This document shows positions 26,710 to 34,832 of a stretch of DNA of 64,000 nucleotides, in pieces (position 1 is the first letter of the stretch; each line of letters starts with the position of its first letter). Source of the DNA: Faecousia sp. GTDB lineage: Bacteria > Bacillota > Clostridia > Oscillospirales > Oscillospiraceae. The translations under genes and the position numbers were made by a program. The notes beneath the pieces are model-generated. The model was not told the origin of the DNA and did no database searches. It was given only the letters and a program-made list of their open reading frames with translations. Location of the stretch: positions 17,609 to 81,608 of the forward strand of contig JAZOQT010000067.1 in assembly GCA_045656245.1 (NCBI GenBank), written 5' to 3'.

Positions 26710-28092
26710 TTATGCCTGCGCCAGGGGTTTGACTTTTTTTCTGTAAATCCGCAGGAAAAACAGCGCCGTAACGGTCAAGCTGGCGATTTCCGCTACGGGG
26801 AATGCCCACCATACCAGCGTTACCTCTCCTGCCAGGCTCAACAGATAGGCCGCGGGGAGCAGCACCACCAGCTGCCGGCACAAGGATGTGATGGTGGAGT
26901 AAATGCCGTTGCCCAGGGCCTGGAAGCTGGCGCCCAAGGCGATACACACCGCAGCGGCAGGGAAGCACAGACTGATGGTGCGCAGAGCCTTGATGCCGAT
27001 GCGCAAAAACTCATCAGAGGGGTTGAAAATACCCAAAAGCAGGTGGGGAACGGCTTGAAAAGCCAGCAGGCCCAACAGCATAATGCCCAGCGCAGTGGCG
27101 CAGGAGCGCTTCAGTGTGCCGGTAATCCGTTTGGGTTTTCGGGCGCCGTAGTTAAATGCCACGATGGAAATGGTGGCGTTGTTAATGCCGAACAGGGGCA
27201 TAAAGAAGAAGCTTTGCAGCTTAAAGTAAATGCCGAAAACGCCGGTGGCGGTTTCACTGAAGCCCTGCAAAATCTGGTTCATGCCAAAATTCATCACAGA
27301 GCCGATGGCCATCATGACAATGGAGGGAATCCCCACGGTGAGAATGGGGGTGATGGCGTGTTTTATGGGACGGATTGCTTCAAAGGAAAACTGAACATCA
27401 CTGTTGTATTTCAGATTGAAAATCACCGCCAACACGCCGGCCACCCACTGGCCGATAACCGTTGCTACCGCTGCGCCGGAGATACCCATGGGGGCAATAC
27501 CCAGCGGTTCAAAGCCGAAGATGAACACCGGGTCCAGCACAATGTTAATCACCGCGCCGGTGCCTTGGGTAATTAAGGTGTAGAAGGTCTTTCCCGAGCT
27601 CTGCAGCAGCCGCTCTCCCAGCACCTCTACAAAAATGCCCAAGCTAAAGATACAGCAAATGGCGGTGTAGGAGGCGCCGCCCTCTACGGTTTCTGTTACA
27701 TTCGATTGCATGGCAAAATAGGGCTTGGCCCCGAATATGCCGAAAAGAATGAACAGCGCCGTGCAGACGACGGTGAGAAAAATGCCGTTTCCTGCGGCGC
27801 GGTTGGCTGTTTCCTGGTTGCCCTGGCCCAGGGACTTGCTTAACAGGGCATTTACGCCGACACCGATGCCGGTGGCAAAGCCGATGAGAATGTTTTGCAC
27901 GGGGAAGGCCAGGGAAAGGGCGGTTACCGCGCTTTCAGAAATGCGGGAGACGTAAATGCTGTCCACCACGTTGTAAAGCGCCTGCACCAGCATGGCGATA
28001 ATCATGGGCAGCGCCATATTAATCAGCAGCTTTCCTACGGGCATAGTGCCCATCTTGTTGCCGGAAAGCGCAGGGGTGGGATTTTTACTCAT
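26710..28092 (-). CDS. MATE family efflux transporter
   Basis: ALPMIIAMLVQALYNVVDSIYV, NIVLDPVFIFG, GAAVATVIGQ; about 12 TM helices. Confidence 0.9.
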   Translation of the reverse strand: MSKNPTPALSGNKMGTMPVGKLLINMALPMIIAMLVQALYNVVDSIYVSRISESAVTALSLAFPVQNILIGFATGIGVGVNALLSKSLGQGNQETANRAAGNGIFLTVVCTALFILFGIFGAKPYFAMQSNVTETVEGGASYTAICCIFSLGIFVEVLGERLLQSSGKTFYTLITQGTGAVINIVLDPVFIFGFEPLGIAPMGISGAAVATVIGQWVAGVLAVIFNLKYNSDVQFSFEAIRPIKHAITPILTVGIPSIVMMAIGSVMNFGMNQILQGFSETATGVFGIYFKLQSFFFMPLFGINNATISIVAFNYGARKPKRITGTLKRSCATALGIMLLGLLAFQAVPHLLLGIFNPSDEFLRIGIKALRTISLCFPAAAVCIALGASFQALGNGIYSTITSLCRQLVVLLPAAYLLSLAGEVTLVWWAFPVAEIASLTVTALFFLRIYRKKVKPLAQA

Positions 28093-28159
28093 ATTTGGTC
28101 CTTTCTGTCTGTAAAACCGGGAAAAACCGGGCAAAAAAGTTTATAGCACACGGCTTTGC

Positions 28160-28188
28160 ATTATACCATAGAGGCATGTCCTTGTCAA
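28160..28188 (-). promoter_or_regulatory. SigA promoter of the MATE gene
   Basis: Minus strand TTGACA-17 nt-TATAAT with extended TG. Confidence 0.82.
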
Positions 28189-28198
28189 GATACAGACT

Positions 28199-28227
28199 GC
28201 CGGCGGGAAGCAGGGCTTCTCGCCGGC
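28199..28227 (-). terminator. Hairpin downstream of the aspartokinase
   Basis: GCCGGCGGGAAGC/GCTTCTCGCCGGC stem; weak U tract. Confidence 0.5.
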
Positions 28228-28287
28228 GGGAAATATCCGTGTAACGGCAGGCGGGGAATGATTCTTCCCCTAAAGGAATATCCTATG

Positions 28288-29037
28288 TTAGTTTTGGGAA
28301 GAATCTTCCGGTGCAGCTGCCACCAGTGTGCCCGGTCCGGGACGGAAAGAGGACAGCACCCGAATTTTTACATTATATTGGCGCGCCAGCTCCACACAGC
28401 GGTCATGGAGTACCTGTGCGCCGCTTTGCGCCAACCGAAGCATATCGTCGTAGCTGATATAGGGATACTTCACCGCATGGGGAAATACACGGGGGTCCCG
28501 GTCGTAAACTCCGTCCACATCGGTATAGATATAGCATACATCAGCCTGCAGAAAAGCTGCCAGCGCCACAGCGGTGGTATCCGAGCCACCTCTGCCCAGG
28601 GTGGTAATGTCCCCCTGGGAATGAATCCCCTGAAAACCGGTTATAACCACAATGTTGCCGCTTTTCAGCTCCCTTTGTATCCGGTCATTGGTAAGCCCCA
28701 GGACCCGGGCATCTGCGTGGCAGTTTTGTGTCAGCAGCCCTGCCTGCCAGCCGGTAAGACTGACGGCGCTGTGGCCCAGCGTGTGGAGTGTCATTGTCAT
28801 TAAGCAGGCGGACATTTGCTCGCCAGTGCTTAAAAAGGCGTCCATTTCCCGGGGGCTGGGGGTATCCGTCAGGGCTTTGGCCTTGGCAATCAGCTCGTCG
28901 GTGGTGTCCGCCTGGGCAGATACCACGACCACAACATCGTGTCCCTCCCGGGAAAGGGAGCTGCACCGCCGGGCGGCGGCCTGTATTTTTTCTGCATCTG
29001 CCAGAGAAGATCCGCCGAATTTCAATACGAACAGCAT
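28288..29037 (-). CDS. Aspartate kinase, catalytic domain only (no ACT domains)
   Basis: KFGGSS, TGEQ, TGFQG, TTLGRGGSDTTA, TDVDGVY..DPR, GAQVLH; ends just after SSF..PGTLV at 249 aa; RBS GGAGGTG. Confidence 0.88.
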   Translation of the reverse strand: MLFVLKFGGSSLADAEKIQAAARRCSSLSREGHDVVVVVSAQADTTDELIAKAKALTDTPSPREMDAFLSTGEQMSACLMTMTLHTLGHSAVSLTGWQAGLLTQNCHADARVLGLTNDRIQRELKSGNIVVITGFQGIHSQGDITTLGRGGSDTTAVALAAFLQADVCYIYTDVDGVYDRDPRVFPHAVKYPYISYDDMLRLAQSGAQVLHDRCVELARQYNVKIRVLSSFRPGPGTLVAAAPEDSSQN

Positions 29038-29055
29038 TTGCTTCACCTCCGTCCC

Positions 29056-29084
29056 AGTCTACGCCAAGGGGCGACAAAATGTGC
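29056..29084 (-). promoter_or_regulatory. Possible SigK-type promoter of the aspartokinase
   Basis: Minus strand GCAC-17 nt-CGTAGACT against the SigK consensus AC-N16/17-CATANNNT; fills the short gap after an upstream terminator. Confidence 0.35.
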
Positions 29085-29092
29085 CTGCAAAC

Positions 29093-29123
29093 AAAAAAAT
29101 CCGCTCTGCGAAAGCAGAGCGGA
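29093..29123 (-). terminator. Terminator after the ACT-domain gene
   Basis: TCCGCTCTGC/GCAGAGCGGA stem plus T7 on the minus strand. Confidence 0.85.
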
Positions 29124-29133
29124 GAAGCTGCGG

Positions 29134-29574
29134 TTATCCTGCCAGCACGTCGGCTTTAATAACGCCGCTGACACTGCGCAGAAGGTTCAAAAACATATCC
29201 AGGGAAACATCCACATCGGTGGTTTCTGCGGAAATGGTAACCACGGCGCAGCCGTTGGTGGGGACGATGGAGTTGATGGTAAGAATATTGGCCCTGTGCT
29301 GGGCGAACACATCCAGAAGCAGGGAAAGGGCGCCGGGCTCGTCGTGCAGCAGGAGCTGGAAGGTAATTACCCGTCCTGTGGTCATGTTCTGGAAGGGCAG
29401 CACGGAATCCCGATACTTATAAAAAGCGCTGCGGCTGATGCCGGTAAGCTTGGTTGCCTCGTTGACGGTGGAGGCTTCACCGGTGGACAGCAGACGCTTG
29501 GCCTGCGCAACCTTTACAAAAACTTCGGGCAGGGCAGAAGCCTCTACAATATAGTATTTCGGTGTAATCGCCAT
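29134..29574 (-). CDS. UPF0735 HTH-ACT protein (ThrR/PheB-like regulator)
   Basis: ALPEVF.KV..AK.LL..G....VNEA....GISRSAFYKY.D; C-terminal ACT with ANILTIN. Confidence 0.88.
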   Translation of the reverse strand: MAITPKYYIVEASALPEVFVKVAQAKRLLSTGEASTVNEATKLTGISRSAFYKYRDSVLPFQNMTTGRVITFQLLLHDEPGALSLLLDVFAQHRANILTINSIVPTNGCAVVTISAETTDVDVSLDMFLNLLRSVSGVIKADVLAG

Positions 29575-29676
29575 GGAAAATCCTCCATTTTCCTAAGTTC
29601 TCTAAAGGTAATTATACAGGAGTTTTCAGAAAATGCAAGCCCCCTGTGTGCATTTGTCCACGAAAGGAAGCAAAAT

Positions 29677-30732
29677 ATGTCATTTCGCAAGATTTTTCCC
29701 CTGATTGCCACCGCCGTGGCGGTATGGCTTGGACTTCGGTATCTACTGCCGGTGGCGCTGCCGTTTTTGCTGGCAGGACTGCTGGCTGTGGCGGCAGAGC
29801 CCTTGGTGGGCTTTTTTGACAAAAAGATGAAATTGCCCCGTGGGGTGGCCACGGGCATCGGGGTTAGTATGAGTTTGGTGCTGCTGGCGCTGTTTGTGAT
29901 GGTGCTGGTGGCGCTGATGCTGCGGCAGGTACAAGGGCTTGCCGGAGTTCTGCCGGATATCGAGGGGACAGCCGTGGAGGGGCTGAATCTTTTGGAGCAA
30001 TGGCTGTTGGGACTGCTGCGCAGCGCCCCCAAGGGAATCGGAACTATGCTCACAGGCTCGGTGCAGGCGCTGTTCTCCGATGGCACAGCGGTGCTGGAAC
30101 GGGTGGTTAGCTGGCTTCTGGGGCTGGCTTCCGGTGTACTCAGCAGACTGCCGGACAGCGCCTTGGGGCTGTTTACCTGGCTTTTGGCAAGCTACATGAT
30201 TTCGGCAAAGCTGCCGAATATTCGTCTGTGGCTGCAAAAAAAGCTTCCCCCGGTGTGGCGGGAAACCTACCTGCCGGGCTGGAAGCGTATAAAGCGGGCT
30301 GTTTTGGGCTGGCTGAAGGCCCAGATAAAGCTGATTGGCGTTACCTTTTTGGTGCTGACGGCGGGATTTTCCGCTTTGCAGATTTCCCGGGCGCCCCTGT
30401 GGGCGGCGGTGATTGCCCTGCTGGATGCCCTGCCGGTGCTGGGCACGGGAACAGTGCTGGTCCCCTGGAGCGTGGTGTGCTTTTTGCAGGGGGATATGCC
30501 CCGGGGTATCGGACTTCTGGGGGTATTTGCGGCAGCAAGCCTTCTGCGCAGTGTGCTGGAGCCCCGTTTGGTGGGCAAGCAGCTGGGGCTGGACCCGCTG
30601 ATTACCCTGGTGGCTATGTATACCGGCTACCGGCTGTTCGGCATTGGAGGTATGATTTTTGCGCCGCTGCTGGCGGTGGCGGTTGTCCAGATGCTCCCCC
30701 GGGAAAATCGGGGAGAGCATCCTGCACTGTAA
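29677..30732 (+). CDS. ytvI: Sporulation integral membrane protein YtvI (AI-2E family)
   Basis: LPFLLA, DALPVLGTGTVLVPW, EPRLVGKQLGLDPL; the 597-aa track ORF is over-extended. Confidence 0.85.
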   Translation: MSFRKIFPLIATAVAVWLGLRYLLPVALPFLLAGLLAVAAEPLVGFFDKKMKLPRGVATGIGVSMSLVLLALFVMVLVALMLRQVQGLAGVLPDIEGTAVEGLNLLEQWLLGLLRSAPKGIGTMLTGSVQALFSDGTAVLERVVSWLLGLASGVLSRLPDSALGLFTWLLASYMISAKLPNIRLWLQKKLPPVWRETYLPGWKRIKRAVLGWLKAQIKLIGVTFLVLTAGFSALQISRAPLWAAVIALLDALPVLGTGTVLVPWSVVCFLQGDMPRGIGLLGVFAAASLLRSVLEPRLVGKQLGLDPLITLVAMYTGYRLFGIGGMIFAPLLAVAVVQMLPRENRGEHPAL

Positions 30733-30744
30733 GGGCAGCGGGGA

Positions 30745-32673
30745 TTATTTTCGGGAATACAGCAGCCGCAGGGCGTTGAGTACGCACAGCATGGCAACCC
30801 CGGAATCGGCAAATACTGCCGCCCACATGGAGGCGTGGCCCAGAAGCCCCAGAACCATGACAATTGCTTTAACACCCAGAGCAAATACCACGTTTTCTAT
30901 GGCGATGCGGCGGGTTTTGCGGGCGATATCGATGGCCTGAGCAATGGCGCTGACCTTTCCGGTCATAAACACCACGTCCGCCGCTTCCATGGCGGCATCG
31001 GCGCCGCTGCCCATGGCGCCGCCCACATCGCTGCCGGCCAGAACCACAGCGTCGTTGATGCCGTCGCCTACAAAGAAGACACTGCCATTTTCCTTCCGAA
31101 GCTGCTGCAGGCGCTGGAGCTTTTCCTGGGGCAGCAGTTGGGCGTGTACCCGGTGAATGCCCACAGCCTGGGCAACTGCCGTTGCGCCGGCCGGCCGGTC
31201 GCCGGTAAGCATGGCGGTGGAAAGCCCCATTTTTTCCAGCTGCTGCAATGCGGTTTTGGCATCGGATTTTATGCTGTCTGCAATGTAAAGACAGCCGATA
31301 CACTGCCCCTGGGCGGCCACAAAGACCTGTGTGCCCCAGGGGGCTTTTTCATAGCCTTGGCAGGAAATGCCCTCGCTTTCCAGAAAAGCCTCGTTGCCGC
31401 ATACCACGGCCTTTCCCTCTACTGTGGCGCAGATGCCCCTGCCGGGGATTTCCCGGATATTCGTTGCCGTGGGCAGGGAAAGCCCCTCCGCTGCCTGCAG
31501 AATACTTTTGGCAATGGGGTGGCTGGAGTGTATTTCACAGGCGGCGCAAAGGGGCAGGGCAGACCGGTGGCCCGCTACACGCTGCAAGGAGAAATCTCCT
31601 TTGGTCAGAGTGCCGGTTTTGTCCAAAACAACGGTCTTGACCTGGCTCAATGCCTCCATGGCGCTGCCGCTTTTGAATAAAATTCCTGCTTTTCCTGCTG
31701 TGCCGATGCCGCAGAAATAGGAAAGGGGAATGCTCAATACCAGCGCGCAGGGACAGCTCATAACCAAAAAGGACAGCGCGGTATATACCCAGTAGCTCCA
31801 GTTGCCGTCCAACAGGCTGGGAACAATGGCGGTGGTCAGAGCAAGCGCCACCACAGCGGGGGTGTATACCCGGGAAAACCGGGTAAGAAAGCGATGAATC
31901 TTCGGCTTGCTGTCGGCGGCGGTTTCCACGGCGTTCAGAATCCGGGTAACCAGGGACTGGGACAGCGGCTTTTCCACCCGAAGGGTCAGCACCCCGTCGC
32001 AGTTGATACAGCCGGAGGAGAGGGTATCACCGGGCTTCACAGCAATGGGGACGGGTTCGCCGGTGATGGGGGCAGTGTCCACCCGGCTGCACCCTTGGGT
32101 AACCACGCAGTCCAGAGGAATCCGGTCCCCGGGGCGGACCAAGATCAAATCCCCCGGTTGGGCAGATTCCGCAGGAAGGGTTTCCCCGGTGGTAAGGCAT
32201 ACGGTTTGGGGGCGCATATCCATAGCCTGGAGGATTTGACTGCGGCTGCGGGCCATAGCCCTCTGTTCAAAATACTCTCCCACGCGATAAAACAGCATAA
32301 TGCCTACAGCCTCAGGAAGCTCTCCGATGGCAAAAGCCCCCAATGTGGCGATGCTCATAAGGAAATTTTCGTCCAAAACTCTGCCGCGAAACAGTCCCTT
32401 GCCTGCGTCGTAGAGCACCTGCCAGCCAAGCAGCAGGTAGGCGAAAAACAGCGCAATTTGCCCCGCTGGGGCAAGGTTCAGAATCTGTAGAATCAGCCCC
32501 AGGGCAAACAGGGAAGCCCCAGCAAGCAAAAAGGCAAGGTCGTGATGGCGGGACTCATGGTGGTGGTCGTGCCCGCAGCCGCAGCCACAGCCGTGGCTTT
32601 CGTGGCAATGACAGGTTTCCTCTTTATGGCAATGGCAGGCTTTGTTATCCTGACAATGGTGATGTGTGTCCAT
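30745..32673 (-). CDS. Heavy-metal P1B-type ATPase (CadA/ZntA-like) with His/Cys-rich N-terminus
   Basis: DENFLM, TGEP, SCPCAL, DKTGT, HP, GDGIND; N-terminal HHHC...CHCH...CGCGCGHDHHH. Confidence 0.92.
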   Translation of the reverse strand: MDTHHHCQDNKACHCHKEETCHCHESHGCGCGCGHDHHHESRHHDLAFLLAGASLFALGLILQILNLAPAGQIALFFAYLLLGWQVLYDAGKGLFRGRVLDENFLMSIATLGAFAIGELPEAVGIMLFYRVGEYFEQRAMARSRSQILQAMDMRPQTVCLTTGETLPAESAQPGDLILVRPGDRIPLDCVVTQGCSRVDTAPITGEPVPIAVKPGDTLSSGCINCDGVLTLRVEKPLSQSLVTRILNAVETAADSKPKIHRFLTRFSRVYTPAVVALALTTAIVPSLLDGNWSYWVYTALSFLVMSCPCALVLSIPLSYFCGIGTAGKAGILFKSGSAMEALSQVKTVVLDKTGTLTKGDFSLQRVAGHRSALPLCAACEIHSSHPIAKSILQAAEGLSLPTATNIREIPGRGICATVEGKAVVCGNEAFLESEGISCQGYEKAPWGTQVFVAAQGQCIGCLYIADSIKSDAKTALQQLEKMGLSTAMLTGDRPAGATAVAQAVGIHRVHAQLLPQEKLQRLQQLRKENGSVFFVGDGINDAVVLAGSDVGGAMGSGADAAMEAADVVFMTGKVSAIAQAIDIARKTRRIAIENVVFALGVKAIVMVLGLLGHASMWAAVFADSGVAMLCVLNALRLLYSRK

Positions 32674-32692
32674 AAAAACCTCCTAACAATTC

Positions 32693-32753
32693 AATACATG
32701 AGCAACTATTCATATGTTTACTTCAGTATAACCCCATTTCCCCGGAATGTCAA
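32693..32753 (-). promoter_or_regulatory. SigA promoter and ArsR/SmtB-type operator of the metal ATPase
   Basis: TTGACA (32748-53)-17 nt-TATACT (32725-30); downstream imperfect palindrome AAACATATGAATAGTTGCTCATGTATT. Confidence 0.7.
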
Positions 32754-32768
32754 CAGGGGAATGGGGGG

Positions 32769-33596
32769 CTATACGTCCATTTTGCTTTCCAGCACCATGC
32801 TCTGGCCGGTGATGGGGTGAGTAAATTCCAGTCGCTTGGCGCATAGCTGCTGTCCTGCTCCCTGTTTATCCGGGCCATACTGGGGGTCGCCTGCAATGGG
32901 AAAGCCCATATGGGCGCAGTGGAGGCGAAGCTGATGGGTTCTGCCGGTGATGGGCTTTAAGGCCAGCTTGCAGGTATCGCCCTGGCGCTGCAACAGGGAA
33001 TACTCCGTAACCGAGGATTTTCCCTGGGGAGAAACATAGCGCAGCAGACTGGGCAGGGGTCTGCGGGCGATGGGCGCGTCAATGATGCCGCTGACGGCCT
33101 CCGGACCGCCCAGAGTACGGGCGTGGTAGGTTTTTTCCAGTTTGGTTTTCTGCATGGCGCTGTGGGCGTGGGCGTTCTTTGCCAGCAGGACAATGCCAAA
33201 GGTGTCCCGGTCCAGACGGGTGATGGGGTGAAAGGCGCAGCGCTGACCGGTTTTTTCATAATAGCCTGCCACCAGATTGGCAAGGGTGCCGGTATTGCGG
33301 CTGCGGGAGGGGTGAATCAGCATACCTGCCGGCTTGTCCACTGCCAGGAAAAAAGCGTCCTCAAACAAAACGGTCAGGCTTCCCTGCTCGGCGGGATAGT
33401 CGGGAGTGGGTTCCTCCAAGGGGACTGTGATAACGTCCCCCGGCTTTACGGGGTAGTTCGTGCGCTGCGGCTTGCCGTTGACCAGCAGCTTTTCCTGCCA
33501 TTTCAGCCGGTTCATCAGTCCCGCGGAAAGCCCCATTTCCTCCCGAAGAAAGGAGGAGAGCCTTCCGGCCCGGGCGGCGGTGTGGGTAAGCTCCAT
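32769..33596 (-). CDS. RluA-family pseudouridine synthase
   Basis: S4-like N-terminus, VDKPAG, RLDRDT, TGRTHQLR.H, GDPQYG. Confidence 0.92.
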   Translation of the reverse strand: MELTHTAARAGRLSSFLREEMGLSAGLMNRLKWQEKLLVNGKPQRTNYPVKPGDVITVPLEEPTPDYPAEQGSLTVLFEDAFFLAVDKPAGMLIHPSRSRNTGTLANLVAGYYEKTGQRCAFHPITRLDRDTFGIVLLAKNAHAHSAMQKTKLEKTYHARTLGGPEAVSGIIDAPIARRPLPSLLRYVSPQGKSSVTEYSLLQRQGDTCKLALKPITGRTHQLRLHCAHMGFPIAGDPQYGPDKQGAGQQLCAKRLEFTHPITGQSMVLESKMDV

Positions 33597-33608
33597 AAAG
33601 CGCCTCCG

Positions 33609-34193
33609 TTAAAAGAAGCTGGAAATGAAGATTTCCAGACCGATTAAAATCAGAATCACGCCGCCCAAGATTCCAGCGCTTCCTGCCAGCTTTGTGCCTA
33701 CCTTCTTGCCGATGTACAGCCCCGCCATACAGATGAGGAAGGTAACGCCGGCGATGAGCAGCGCTGCGACAACGGCGGCGGGCAAGTCATAGTGGGCAAT
33801 GGTGAAGCCTACGGACAGGGCATCAATGGAGGTGGCAACCCCCTGTATCAGCAGAGCAGAAAGGGTCAGCTTGTTGCAGCAGGCTTCGCTGCCTTCACAG
33901 TGGATTCCGTCCAGCAGCATTTTTACGCCGATGTAGGTCAGAAGGGCAAGGGCAATCCAGGGAATCAGGGTCTCAAAGGCGGCAAAATAGTGCACCACCG
34001 TGTGAATACACCACCAGCCGATAAGGGGCATCAGCCCTTGAAAGATGCCGAAAATACCGGCAATCAAGGCCATCTTTCTGCCTTTCATACACGGTTCATT
34101 CAGACCGTTGGCAAGGGAAACGGAAAAGGCGTCCATCGCCAGTCCCATACCCAGCAAAAAACTGTTAAAAAAGAACATAAAGTTAAGCTGCAT
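33609..34193 (-). CDS. mntP: Manganese efflux pump MntP
   Basis: GLAMDAFSVS, ATSIDALSVG; Mn riboswitch upstream. Confidence 0.93.
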   Translation of the reverse strand: MQLNFMFFFNSFLLGMGLAMDAFSVSLANGLNEPCMKGRKMALIAGIFGIFQGLMPLIGWWCIHTVVHYFAAFETLIPWIALALLTYIGVKMLLDGIHCEGSEACCNKLTLSALLIQGVATSIDALSVGFTIAHYDLPAAVVAALLIAGVTFLICMAGLYIGKKVGTKLAGSAGILGGVILILIGLEIFISSFF

Positions 34194-34214
34194 GCCAATT
34201 CTCTCCCGTGCAAT

Positions 34215-34246
34215 AAAAAATCCAGATACGGCAACGCCATACCTGG
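34215..34246 (-). terminator. Riboswitch-controlled terminator upstream of mntP
   Basis: Minus strand CCAGGTATGGC-gtt-GCCGTATCTGG-A-TTTTTT. Confidence 0.8.
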
Positions 34247-34291
34247 GTGTCGAAGAGGTATACTGACTCCATGTATCGCCTTGCACAAATA

Positions 34292-34378
34292 CATGAGTCT
34301 CGCAATTGAAAGCAAGCCAGGCCGAGGCCAGTATGTTGACTTGCTACGCACGCTTGTACGCTTGCTACTCCCTCACAG
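34292..34378 (-). ncRNA. yybP-ykoY (Mn2+) riboswitch
   Basis: Minus strand GAGGGAGTAGC...GTCAACATAC...GCGAGACTC; upstream of mntP; promoter TTGACA-17-TACACT at about 34388-34416. Confidence 0.9.
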
Positions 34379-34468
34379 AATGGGTTCAGTGTAGCATATG
34401 CGGAAGAATTTGTCAAGATACCCAAACACCAGTGGGAAAAACAGGTAAATTATGGGGAAATGCCCATT

Positions 34469-34488
34469 GACTTTACTGCACTAAAGTG
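34469..34488 (+). promoter_or_regulatory. HisR (YerC/YecD) operator
   Basis: GACTTTACTGCACTAAAGTG matches the ACTTTA-N6-TAAAGT palindrome; overlaps a TTGACT -35 upstream of the his operon. Confidence 0.75.
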
Positions 34489-34529
34489 ATAAAGTATATA
34501 GCAACTACGTAAGGAAAGGGGAACACCCA

Positions 34530-34832
34530 ATGAACAAGCAGAAAATGCCGCAGCTGGGGGAGTTATACGAAGCCCTTTTGACACTGCGTTCGGCAGAGGA
34601 ATGCCGGCTGTTTTTGGAAGATATCTGCACCGTAAAGGAATTGCAGTCCATGGCTCAGCGGCTGGAGGTTGCCAAGCTTTTGATGCAAGGAAAGAATTAC
34701 AATACCGTTTGCGCGGATACCGGCGCCAGCAGCACCACCGTCAGTCGGGTGAACCGATGCCTGCTTTACGGAAACGGAGGCTACCGCACAGTGCTGCAGC
34801 GGCAGGGAAAGGAGCAAAGCAATGGAGATTAA
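34530..34832 (+). CDS. TrpR-like YerC/YecD regulator (HisR)
   Basis: FLEDICTVKELQSMAQRLEVAK...TGASSTTVSRVNRCL.YGNGGY; heads the his operon. Confidence 0.9.
   Translation: MNKQKMPQLGELYEALLTLRSAEECRLFLEDICTVKELQSMAQRLEVAKLLMQGKNYNTVCADTGASSTTVSRVNRCLLYGNGGYRTVLQRQGKEQSNGD

Noticed and set aside
28939-29676. N-terminal extension of ytvI (597-aa ORF), suggesting a fusion
   Set aside because: It is antisense to the ACT gene; an RBS-preceded ATG at 29677 gives a normal-length YtvI.
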